Program-made: the position numbers and the translations under genes
Notes under the pieces: model-generated
The model's input: only the letters and a program-made list of their open reading frames with translations
The model's database searches: none
Told to the model about the DNA's origin: nothing
DNA from: a virus
Length of the DNA stretch: 40,573 nucleotides
Virus record (IMG/VR): IMGVR_UViG_3300012347_000097
Span: 1 to 40,573 of that record
Direction: 5' to 3' (one strand)
In this document: positions 16,607 through 23,879 of the stretch, in pieces
Numbering within the stretch: the stretch's first letter is position 1
Layout of the letters: each line of letters begins with the position of its first letter

Positions 16607-16961
16607 CCCATTTACTAAGAAGAAGAAACTAGAGCAGATTCGCAAGGATAATAATGGTATCCTTCAATATGTTCAAGCAAAAGTTGATAAACTTGAGCAT
16701 GACTATTTTGGCAACGTGTGGGGTCTTTCAACTGGCTTCAAGACTGCTACAGAAAGTTCATTGCGACATCTCAACAAGACAGTCGATGACCTCACTAAGC
16801 GCGTCAAAGAACTCGAGAACGTTATCCGTCTTTCTGGCATTGTAGAGGAACTCGATACTACCGATGTAGTTAAGTTGCCTAGGGCTAACTTTACCCTTGC
16901 AGATGTCATAGATGGTCAAGCAAACGTAACACGGCAGTTCGTAGTTAACAAGGTGAAGTAA
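16599..16961 (+). CDS. Hypothetical coiled-coil protein (120 aa)
   Basis: Track ORF overlapping both neighbours. Confidence 0.5.
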   Translation: MNNPFTKKKKLEQIRKDNNGILQYVQAKVDKLEHDYFGNVWGLSTGFKTATESSLRHLNKTVDDLTKRVKELENVIRLSGIVEELDTTDVVKLPRANFTLADVIDGQANVTRQFVVNKVK

Positions 16962-17278
16962 TGAAAATATTCGGACCTTACAAGGGGAGTAAGCAAAATG
17001 GCGGACGCCCCATATATGTTTTTAAGCGCAAGAAGAAGGATGGAACTACGGTTACTACTTCTAGTAATAAGGCTCGGGTCGATTACGAGAAAAATACTGG
17101 ACGCACTCTTCCGAAAAGCGTGGATGTTGACCACAAGGATAATGGTGGCCGCGCAGGACGCGATGGCCAGAAGAATCTTCAAGCAATGAGTCACTCAAAG
17201 AATGTAGCAAAAGAGAACAAGCGCAGAGCAACAGTCAAGAAATCTACTGTGAAGAAAGCGGTTAAAAAGAAACCATGA
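16961..17278 (+). CDS. HNH endonuclease (105 aa)
   Basis: VDVDHKDNGG...NLQAMSHSKN is an H-N-H arrangement, with a basic C-terminal tail. Confidence 0.65.
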   Translation: MKIFGPYKGSKQNGGRPIYVFKRKKKDGTTVTTSSNKARVDYEKNTGRTLPKSVDVDHKDNGGRAGRDGQKNLQAMSHSKNVAKENKRRATVKKSTVKKAVKKKP

Positions 17279-18018
17279 AGACAATAGTCTGTGTATCTGA
17301 CCTACAGATACCGTATCACGATAAGCGAGCAGTTAATAACCTCGCTAAGTTTATCAAGGCTTACAAGCCTACTGAGGTAGTATCAGTTGGTGACGAGATG
17401 GATATGCAGACTATCTCTAAGTGGGCAAAGGGTACACCCCTTGAATATGAGCGTTCTATCGGACGGGATAGAGACGAAACAACTCGGGTACTCGAGCAAC
17501 TGAAAATCAAGCACATCATCAGGTCGAACCACACCGACCGCCTGTTTAACACAGTGATGATGCGTTCGCCAGGACTGCTTGGGCTACCCGAGTTGGAACT
17601 CCCAGAGTTCCTTCGACTCGATTCAATTGGTGCTACATACCATGAGAAGCCTTACGAGTTAGCACCCAACTGGTTGCTTATGCATGGAGATGAAGGCGCT
17701 ATGAACTCTACTGGAGGGCTTACTGCCCTCGGTCTAGCAAAGCGTACTGGTAAGTCAGTTGTATGTGGTCACACGCACCGCATGGGTCTGGCTCATCATA
17801 CGACAGCCTACACAGGCGGTACTGCTAAGACTGTATGGGGATTAGAAGTTGGAAACCTCATGGACTACCGCAAGGCAAAGTATATTAAGGGTGGCTTGTT
17901 CACCTGGCAGCAAGGATTTGGAATCTTGTACGTAGACGGCAAGACCGTCATACCAGCAACAATTCCAATCGCTCGTGATGGCTCATTTATTGTAGAAGGA
18001 AAGGTGTGGGGACGATGA
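17275..18018 (+). CDS. Calcineurin-like metallophosphoesterase (247 aa)
   Basis: SDLQIPYHD, VGDEMD, SNHTDR, HGDE and GHTHR are the canonical metallophosphatase motifs. Confidence 0.8.
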   Translation: MKTIVCVSDLQIPYHDKRAVNNLAKFIKAYKPTEVVSVGDEMDMQTISKWAKGTPLEYERSIGRDRDETTRVLEQLKIKHIIRSNHTDRLFNTVMMRSPGLLGLPELELPEFLRLDSIGATYHEKPYELAPNWLLMHGDEGAMNSTGGLTALGLAKRTGKSVVCGHTHRMGLAHHTTAYTGGTAKTVWGLEVGNLMDYRKAKYIKGGLFTWQQGFGILYVDGKTVIPATIPIARDGSFIVEGKVWGR

Positions 18019-18716
18019 ACTGGGAACGTATTGAACCTTGGAACTACATCGTCACTAACGTAGCCTCTGAATACCACCGTAAGTACGATATGGTTGACTT
18101 GGACGATATCCAACAGGAATTGTACCAATGGTTCTTAGAGCATCCTAACAAGTTGGACGATTGGGAAGCAATCGGTCACAAGGATGCAAAGAACTTGCTA
18201 TATCGCTCACTACGTAATCAGGCTCTTGACTACTGTCAGAAGTGGAAGGCTAAGTCAATTGGATACGAAGTATCCGACTTGTTCTACTACGAGCCTGATG
18301 TAGTGGAGGCATTGCTTCCAGCAATCCTTCGTAAAGAGTTCGCAGTAATGCCAGTGCTTAACCTCGGTAAAATAGGAACGCCACCAGCACCGTCAGAAGG
18401 CGGTAACATGATGGCGATGATGGTCGAAATCGACAATGCATACTCCAAGTTAAGTACCGAGGATAAGGCAGTACTCTTCTTGAAGTATGCAGAGGCATTT
18501 GACTTTGCTGAGATTGCTAAGGAGTTAGGTATTGGTTCAGAAGATGCGGCGCGTATGCGCCATAACAGAGCAATCAAGAAGTTGATTACTCGCATTGGAG
18601 GATTCAAACCTTACTTAGAGAATGATACTCCCAATGAAGCCCCCGACGACCCAGACGAAGTTGTAAGCGCCGATAATGACGGCGAGCAAAGCGAACGGGA
18701 AGACGACGGCGAATAG
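18015..18716 (+). CDS. Phage-encoded sigma-70-family (ECF-like) sigma factor (233 aa)
   Basis: ATGA-coupled. Region-2-like DIQQELYQWFLEH...LYRSLRNQALDY and region-4 HTH LSTEDKAVLFLKYAEAFDFAEIAKELGIGSEDAARMRHNRAIKKL. Confidence 0.7.
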   Translation: MNWERIEPWNYIVTNVASEYHRKYDMVDLDDIQQELYQWFLEHPNKLDDWEAIGHKDAKNLLYRSLRNQALDYCQKWKAKSIGYEVSDLFYYEPDVVEALLPAILRKEFAVMPVLNLGKIGTPPAPSEGGNMMAMMVEIDNAYSKLSTEDKAVLFLKYAEAFDFAEIAKELGIGSEDAARMRHNRAIKKLITRIGGFKPYLENDTPNEAPDDPDEVVSADNDGEQSEREDDGE

Positions 18717-18717
18717 G

Positions 18718-19137
18718 CTAGATAGTTTGTGTCGGTGCTTGTGCATGTCCCTCCTCAGTCCATCGCTTAAAGTTCTTTTCTTGCTGGAGAATATCCTCTG
18801 GCTTAATAAGAAAACCTTTAGATGGATTAGGAGGGATATTGCATGCTATGGGTCTACCGTAGGCACGAACCGCAGCCTTTAGTGTAGACAAGTCAGTGAT
18901 GAGGACGGTATCCTCTAGTACAAATGCCCAGTGTGTTGCCTTACTAACACTCATACCAGATGGCTCCCAAGACTGTGATGCTTGGTAGAAGCATTCAGTC
19001 TCGATATAGATATTACCTGTATCCCACCAACGACGGTCGGTTTTAACTTCGATAGTGTCAGCAGAGAGCAGGTCCGCAATCTTCTGCTCGCCTGCCTCTC
19101 CTGCTCGAAGGTCTAAGTCCCAGTTAGAGTTCTTCAA
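18718..19137 (-). CDS. Hypothetical protein, possibly PD-(D/E)XK-like (139 aa)
   Basis: GEAGEQKIADLL...IEVKTD...GNIYIE pattern. Its stop lies 1 nt from the convergent sigma-factor stop. Confidence 0.45.
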   Translation of the reverse strand: MKNSNWDLDLRAGEAGEQKIADLLSADTIEVKTDRRWWDTGNIYIETECFYQASQSWEPSGMSVSKATHWAFVLEDTVLITDLSTLKAAVRAYGRPIACNIPPNPSKGFLIKPEDILQQEKNFKRWTEEGHAQAPTQTI

Positions 19138-19228
19138 CCTTTTCTACTCCTAGTTCTTTTAGTAGGTGCTCGATATCTGCAATGAGTTGGTCACGATACG
19201 CTAGTTCTGCTGGTGAGTATGTTGTCAT
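19124..19228 (-). CDS. Mini-ORF (34 aa), low confidence
   Basis: MTTYSPAELAYRDQLIADIEHLLKELGVEKVEEL. TAATG-coupled to the lipoprotein gene and overlaps the next start. Confidence 0.3.
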   Translation of the reverse strand: MTTYSPAELAYRDQLIADIEHLLKELGVEKVEEL

Positions 19229-19644
19229 TACTTTCCAATCTGTGTCTTGAGGTCGAAGTCAGGAATGATTACATCTGGCTTGAAGATTACCTTGTAACGG
19301 TAAGCACTTACAGTTGCTCCATCAATCTGCTCTACTAAGTAAGATACGTTGTCACTTAGACCGAGGAAGTGCTTCTTGTACTGCGATGCACCGACCTTGC
19401 AGGTCACTTCGAGTGAGCCAGATAGTGCAGAACTACCAGACTCTACCGAGCATAGACCCTGTATCTCTAGCAGATACTTATCTGTGATTCCGTTGAAGAA
19501 TACAATGCGACGATTGACTTCGAACTGTTCTGCTGCAACCGACAGGTTGCGTGCTGCTACGTCTGCATCACTACTACAACTTGATAGTGATACCGCTCCT
19601 GCTACTGCCACTAGGGCAAGCGCTAACTTCTTCTTGTGCTTCAT
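19228..19644 (-). CDS. Secreted lipoprotein (138 aa)
   Basis: Signal peptide MKHKKKLALALVAVAGAVSLSSC with the lipobox LSSC. Confidence 0.75.
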   Translation of the reverse strand: MKHKKKLALALVAVAGAVSLSSCSSDADVAARNLSVAAEQFEVNRRIVFFNGITDKYLLEIQGLCSVESGSSALSGSLEVTCKVGASQYKKHFLGLSDNVSYLVEQIDGATVSAYRYKVIFKPDVIIPDFDLKTQIGK

Positions 19645-19808
19645 TTATCTCCCTTGTTTAAGTCGATTAACCAGTTCCATTCACGATAGAATAGAATTAT
19701 ACTAAACCCATAGTCGGCCTCATCCCAAGGATACCAGCCTGCATAGAGTACATCACGCCAACCGTCAGGGTTGGAGATGCGTCGCGTGCCATCATATTTG
19801 ATTCTCAT
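19641..19808 (-). CDS. Trp/Tyr-rich mini-protein (55 aa, below the track cutoff)
   Basis: Hand translation: MRIKYDGTRRISNPDGWRDVLYAGWYPWDEADYGFSIILFYREWNWLIDLNKGDK. ATGA-coupled to the lipoprotein gene. Confidence 0.45.
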   Translation of the reverse strand: MRIKYDGTRRISNPDGWRDVLYAGWYPWDEADYGFSIILFYREWNWLIDLNKGDK

Positions 19809-19810
19809 CC

Positions 19811-19987
19811 TTATCCTCCTGTCGAGTAAAAGCCTGGGCCATTGAACTTGATTGGTGTTACATCATATACACGTTTTAACTTGTCACCGCACTTCTCACA
19901 GAAGTAGTCGGGCTCATCATCTGCCATAGGTCGGCGGATAATAACCTTCTCGCCTTCCCCTGGGCATTCATACTCGTATGTTGCCAC
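19811..19987 (-). CDS. FmdB-family zinc-ribbon protein (58 aa, GTG start, below the track cutoff)
   Basis: Hand translation: (M)ATYEYECPGEGEKVIIRRPMADDEPDYFCEKCGDKLKRVYDVTPIKFNGPGFYSTGG. It carries the YEYxC...CxxCG...GxGFY signature. Confidence 0.65.
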   Translation of the reverse strand: MATYEYECPGEGEKVIIRRPMADDEPDYFCEKCGDKLKRVYDVTPIKFNGPGFYSTGG

Positions 19988-20273
19988 GTTGTGCCTCCAT
20001 TCGTTGCTCTAGGATTGACTTAGTACGTACTGGTACACGTGTATGATTATCATACAGTGCTTTCATAGTTGCTTGCGTTCTTGCCCTGATTTCTTCTAGT
20101 CTATCATATTTCTGCATATTATCCAAAATCTCGTACGCAATACGTCGTGCCTCAATCTTGCCGTAGCCGAAGTTCTCTACGAGGTTATCCTTTATCTTCT
20201 TTACCTTGGGTGGTTCGGCGTAAGCACCTTCGTAGAAGTGCTCAACCTTGCCATTCCTAACTCGTGTTATCAT
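19968..20273 (-). CDS. Hypothetical protein (101 aa)
   Basis: Track ORF. Its 3' end contains palindrome copy 1. Confidence 0.5.
   Translation of the reverse strand: MITRVRNGKVEHFYEGAYAEPPKVKKIKDNLVENFGYGKIEARRIAYEILDNMQKYDRLEEIRARTQATMKALYDNHTRVPVRTKSILEQRMEAQRGNIRV
20040..20056. promoter_or_regulatory. 17-bp palindrome copy 1: TGTATGATTATCATACA
   Basis: Perfect palindrome, 52 bp upstream of the FmdB-like start (19987). Confidence 0.7.
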
Positions 20274-20515
20274 TTTTTCTCCTTCTCAACTAAAGGGTAT
20301 TCATCAGCCCAGTCAGTTATCTTCTTATCAAGTGCATAGGCTGCCTTGGTAGCCTTGACAAAGGCTTGGTGGGATACCTTGAGTTCATCAATCAAGTCCT
20401 CATAAGATAGATTATCCTTGAGCATAGCAGGGTCACGTAGTACAGCATGACCCGCCAAGTCTTGCGCTAGTTCTAGAGATTCTCTTGCTATGTCGAACGC
20501 TTCTTGACGATTCAT
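20270..20515 (-). CDS. Hypothetical protein (81 aa)
   Basis: Track ORF, ATGA-coupled on both sides. Confidence 0.5.
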   Translation of the reverse strand: MNRQEAFDIARESLELAQDLAGHAVLRDPAMLKDNLSYEDLIDELKVSHQAFVKATKAAYALDKKITDWADEYPLVEKEKK

Positions 20516-20919
20516 TAGTACCAGTTATTCTTCTTGTGGAATTTCCATGCCTCGCATGGCGTGCCGTATCTATGGTAGATGTAGTCCAACCCTCTATCAA
20601 TTTGGATAGTTGGTGGTGTCAGTGGTGACATACCCAACAACTGCGGGATACCGCCTGCATGCTTACCCATCACCTTCTCTGGATTGAGAGCAGTAGGTTT
20701 CCATGCTGATTCCTTACCCCACATAGATGCCAAGCACTTGTACTGCTTATGCGCCCAGTCATTAAGTGAATCCTTGGCGTAAGCCTTGCTATCTCTCTCA
20801 CTCCATGTGCGCTCGGTCTTGACTTGCTTGGTGTCCTGCATACTTCCCACCTCGAACATGAGGCTACCAGTTACAAGTGCGATGCACAATGCGATTACTA
20901 CGTTAGCATTTTTATACAT
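20515..20919 (-). CDS. Membrane-anchored transglycosylase-like (SLT/APF C-terminal type) protein (134 aa)
   Basis: N-terminal TM helix VVIALCIALVTGSLMF, then CLASMWGKESAWKPTALN...GGIPQ...GLDYIYHRYGTPCEAW...NNWY. Confidence 0.6.
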   Translation of the reverse strand: MYKNANVVIALCIALVTGSLMFEVGSMQDTKQVKTERTWSERDSKAYAKDSLNDWAHKQYKCLASMWGKESAWKPTALNPEKVMGKHAGGIPQLLGMSPLTPPTIQIDRGLDYIYHRYGTPCEAWKFHKKNNWY

Positions 20920-21313
20920 CTTTACCCTCCAGATATGGTCTCATTCTTTCGTACACGTCCATAGCCTTACCCTTCTCTGATTGTTGAGCGAAGTCACTAC
21001 GTACGTGACCTAACTTCATCAACCTCTCGCCAGCGTGTAACCCACCCCATATACCGTAGGGTAGATTGTCTTCTTCCATGCCTTCTGCAAGGCACGCATT
21101 CTTGATTGGACACGCCTCACACAGCGCTACTGCTTCCTTTGCCTCTTGAATTATCGCAAGGAACTTTGTAGTACTCGGCCTGCCTGTACCAAAGTCTACG
21201 AACCAGATATCTGGATTGATATGGTCCGAGCATAACCCTCTGGGGCTAGTCGTCAAAGAACCCGTCATGGAGCCTATCAGGGTCGATACCGTCATAGTCA
21301 TCCTCCTCTTCAT
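20912..21313 (-). CDS. whiB: WhiB-family Fe-S transcription factor
   Basis: Four Cys residues (LCSDH, CEAC, then C after x5) and the GIWGG turn. The start is uncertain; alternative ATGs include 21268. Confidence 0.85.
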   Translation of the reverse strand: MKRRMTMTVSTLIGSMTGSLTTSPRGLCSDHINPDIWFVDFGTGRPSTTKFLAIIQEAKEAVALCEACPIKNACLAEGMEEDNLPYGIWGGLHAGERLMKLGHVRSDFAQQSEKGKAMDVYERMRPYLEGKDV

Positions 21314-21377
21314 CTAGTTCTAGGTCATCATCAAGGGCGATGTCATCGCCTTCCATCCATAGTGGGTCTCTAGCCAT
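21246..21377 (-). CDS. Highly acidic mini-ORF (43 aa), low confidence
   Basis: MARDPLWMEGDDIALDDDLELDEEEDDYDGIDPDRLHDGFFDD. It overlaps the 5' extension of the whiB ORF. Confidence 0.3.
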   Translation of the reverse strand: MARDPLWMEGDDIALDDDLELDEEEDDYDGIDPDRLHDGFFDD

Positions 21378-21636
21378 TTACTCCTCCTAAGATTGCATCT
21401 AATACGTACTCGAAGTCTTCATACTCGTGCCATTCGTTTGGCGATAAGCCATCCCAGAATATCTCGAATCCTTCATCCACATCCCAGTACAGCGTGCCAC
21501 TATACTCTGCGCCCGAGTTTGTGTCGGACATCGAGAACGTGCGTCGATAGGATGCTAACTGCTTCCGATACTGCTTGACGTCAAACTTATCAAGCATCTC
21601 CTTCTTACTAATTGGCCTTACGTTCGAGGCGTTCAT
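21370..21636 (-). CDS. Hypothetical protein (88 aa from MNASNVRP; track start 21681 possible)
   Basis: Track ORF. The internal ATG lies 58 bp downstream of palindrome copy 2. Confidence 0.5.
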   Translation of the reverse strand: MNASNVRPISKKEMLDKFDVKQYRKQLASYRRTFSMSDTNSGAEYSGTLYWDVDEGFEIFWDGLSPNEWHEYEDFEYVLDAILGGVNG

Positions 21637-21775
21637 AATCCATCTCCTCCAATTCCTTGAGCATAAGTCTAGCATCTGCAATCTTAGTGTTCAATGTATG
21701 ATTATCATACACTCCGTTACTGGATGTAACGTAGATGTAGTCAATCAGCAGGTCGCGTATCTTCTCTATCTCCAT
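21608..21775 (-). CDS. Hypothetical protein (55 aa from MEIEKIRD)
   Basis: TAATG-coupled to the amidotransferase-like gene. Contains palindrome copy 2 in its coding region. Confidence 0.4.
   Translation of the reverse strand: MEIEKIRDLLIDYIYVTSSNGVYDNHTLNTKIADARLMLKELEEMDYERLERKAN
21695..21711. promoter_or_regulatory. 17-bp palindrome copy 2: TGTATGATTATCATACA
   Basis: Perfect palindrome, 58 bp upstream of the ATG at 21636. Confidence 0.7.
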
Positions 21776-22584
21776 TAGAATGTGAACTCCTTCTGTGAAT
21801 ACCACTGGTTACTCTTGGTGTGGTTGGCTGGTACATAGCATAGGCAGGTGTCGCCGTAACTACCTTGGCAGTCGTGGCAAGTGTAGCACATCTCGCAGTA
21901 GTACGGGTTGGCGTCCTCGAACGCTTGAGCACCGCACGCTTGGCAGTCAGCATCTTGGTCAGAGAACGCATCAGGAAACGCAGACTTGACAGGTGAGGCA
22001 GTTGATTCCCATGACCACGTAGACTTCTTGTATGTGGTATTAGACCACCAGATACCGTCATTGTCCCAGTGACCTAACTCCTCATTGACGATATAGCAAT
22101 CGTACTTAGCGGCTGGGTCAAGGGTGAAGATAACTAACTTGTTACCACTAGCCCACTTGCTGACCATGCCGAGTACATTGTCGTCGTCGAGGGCAGAGAC
22201 ACCGCCTATGCTAGGTAGAATATCCTCCGCGAATACTCTAGTATCACTGCGCTTGTCTCCGCCCGCAATCTTAACGTCGAGCACACCGTTGTGCGCTAGA
22301 TAGGTATCGTCACGACCGCCTACCTTGAACGGGTGACAGTTAGCCTCGTTCTTTACACCATGCGTAGCAAAGCGTGCATGGAACATGGCGTACCCGTCTG
22401 GGTATTGCTTGCGTACTTCGAGGAACTCCTTGATTAACTTACGAGCAGACATACTGTGACCCGTCACGATACCGTTGGGTGTAATGATAGCGTAGCCGAA
22501 GCCGTGTGGGTTGTTACATGAGGCACACTCGAGGTCTGCCTTCTTAGGTGTTGAGTTAGGTGAAGCAACTAATAGTAAGCACAT
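21775..22584 (-). CDS. Class-II glutamine-amidotransferase-like Ntn thiol hydrolase with a Cys-rich C-terminal tail (269 aa)
   Basis: N-terminal MC (Cys nucleophile), HARFATHG...NCHPF...LAHNG, and the C-terminal CQAC..CEMC..CHDC..CLC. Confidence 0.75.
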   Translation of the reverse strand: MCLLLVASPNSTPKKADLECASCNNPHGFGYAIITPNGIVTGHSMSARKLIKEFLEVRKQYPDGYAMFHARFATHGVKNEANCHPFKVGGRDDTYLAHNGVLDVKIAGGDKRSDTRVFAEDILPSIGGVSALDDDNVLGMVSKWASGNKLVIFTLDPAAKYDCYIVNEELGHWDNDGIWWSNTTYKKSTWSWESTASPVKSAFPDAFSDQDADCQACGAQAFEDANPYYCEMCYTCHDCQGSYGDTCLCYVPANHTKSNQWYSQKEFTF

Positions 22585-22602
22585 AATTTATCCTTTGGTT
22601 AG

Positions 22603-22619
22603 TGTATGATAATCATACA
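22603..22619. promoter_or_regulatory. 17-bp palindrome copy 3: TGTATGATAATCATACA
   Basis: Perfect palindrome, 18 bp upstream of the amidotransferase-like ATG (22584). It contains the amidoligase stop codon. Confidence 0.7.
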
Positions 22620-23806
22620 GTTGTGAGAGTTGGGATGATGCGGTTGATACGTTCTGTTAGTTCTGGATAGGTCTCTGCATTACTGATGATGTAAGCGATA
22701 AAGTTCTCACGCTTAAGAGCACCATCTTTGATGTCTTGCAGGGAGAGTCGGCGAGTATACTCAACGCTGGCGTGCGCTAGTGAAATCTGTGCCTTGACTA
22801 CGTTCTTGTTGATTGAACTCCTAAAGATACGCATCTCTAGGGTGTGGGCGTTCTGTGTATTGACGGCAGAGTAACGGTCAGAGGCGCGACCATGCTCAAT
22901 CTTATTCTTGAATGACTTGTAAGCAACCCACTTGCGCTCACCGTCGACAACTACCGAGGTGTTGGCTACTACGTCATCATACTTAGCCCAGCGTGCAGAG
23001 TTACGACCTGCTAACTCGGAGAAGAAGTACTCATTAGAGTAGACGAGGTTAAGGAAGCGGTGCATATGAGCACCACCACTAAACCCTGTGCGTGAGATAT
23101 GGATATGTAGACCAGCGGTGCTGGCATCCCATGCTCGCATCTTGTGGACGTCGCGCAGTGTATCTAGTACACCCCATAGTTCATGCGCCTCATTCTGGTA
23201 GTAGTCATGACTCATAGGGTGAGTCACTAACTCCATACCACAGTTGAGAGAGCCATCACTCTTGAGATAGGCGTGGTCGGTATCTTCTAGCATATGAGCA
23301 GTCTCAGCCGCTTGACGTAGTATGGATGTATCGCCATGTGGTGACTCCATCTCTATCTCTATGCCAAAGAATAGACGTTCATCCTTATCGGTAGAGTGGA
23401 ACACGGGGTCAGGGCGGTAACTGTAATCATGAATCTCATGAATACTATCCTCGCAACTGTCGCATCCGTCCACGTTGTACTCGTCGCAGTACTCGCAGTA
23501 GGTTGCATAGTTCTCAGTACATGACTCGCAGAATGACTCACTTCTATCTTGGATATAGATAGTATAGTCGCTACTCCACTCATTACATGAGTCGCAGTAG
23601 TGTGCATAGTAGTCGGTGCAAGCCTCGCACCATAACTGGTCATCTACTGTGGTGTAGTTCTCGTGACCTACGTCGCTCGTAGTCGAACAGCGCTCGCAAG
23701 TTCTGAAACAATCAGAACACGCTAAGCGACCATCTTCTGTTTCGTAAGCGTCATCTTCGGTCAGGCTTGTTGCACATACATCACATTCAAGTGTGTTTTC
23801 GGTCAT
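22613..23806 (-). CDS. Amidoligase (Amidoligase_2 / carboxylate-amine ligase type) with an N-terminal array of eight CxxC pairs (397 aa)
   Basis: The core motifs LFFGIEIEMES and AGLHIHISR match my recollection of the amidoligase family. The N-terminal ~125 aa contain CDVC, CSDC, CERC, CEAC, CDSC, CESC, CEYC and CDSC. Confidence 0.7.
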   Translation of the reverse strand: MTENTLECDVCATSLTEDDAYETEDGRLACSDCFRTCERCSTTSDVGHENYTTVDDQLWCEACTDYYAHYCDSCNEWSSDYTIYIQDRSESFCESCTENYATYCEYCDEYNVDGCDSCEDSIHEIHDYSYRPDPVFHSTDKDERLFFGIEIEMESPHGDTSILRQAAETAHMLEDTDHAYLKSDGSLNCGMELVTHPMSHDYYQNEAHELWGVLDTLRDVHKMRAWDASTAGLHIHISRTGFSGGAHMHRFLNLVYSNEYFFSELAGRNSARWAKYDDVVANTSVVVDGERKWVAYKSFKNKIEHGRASDRYSAVNTQNAHTLEMRIFRSSINKNVVKAQISLAHASVEYTRRLSLQDIKDGALKRENFIAYIISNAETYPELTERINRIIPTLTTV

Positions 23807-23829
23807 TGCCTTATCCTTTCGATTAACTG

Positions 23830-23846
23830 TGTATGATTATCATACA
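23830..23846. promoter_or_regulatory. 17-bp palindrome copy 4: TGTATGATTATCATACA
   Basis: Perfect palindrome, 23 bp upstream of the amidoligase ATG (23806). Confidence 0.7.
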
Positions 23847-23879
23847 TCAGGCGGTGCTTATTAAGTTATAGGTAGAACC

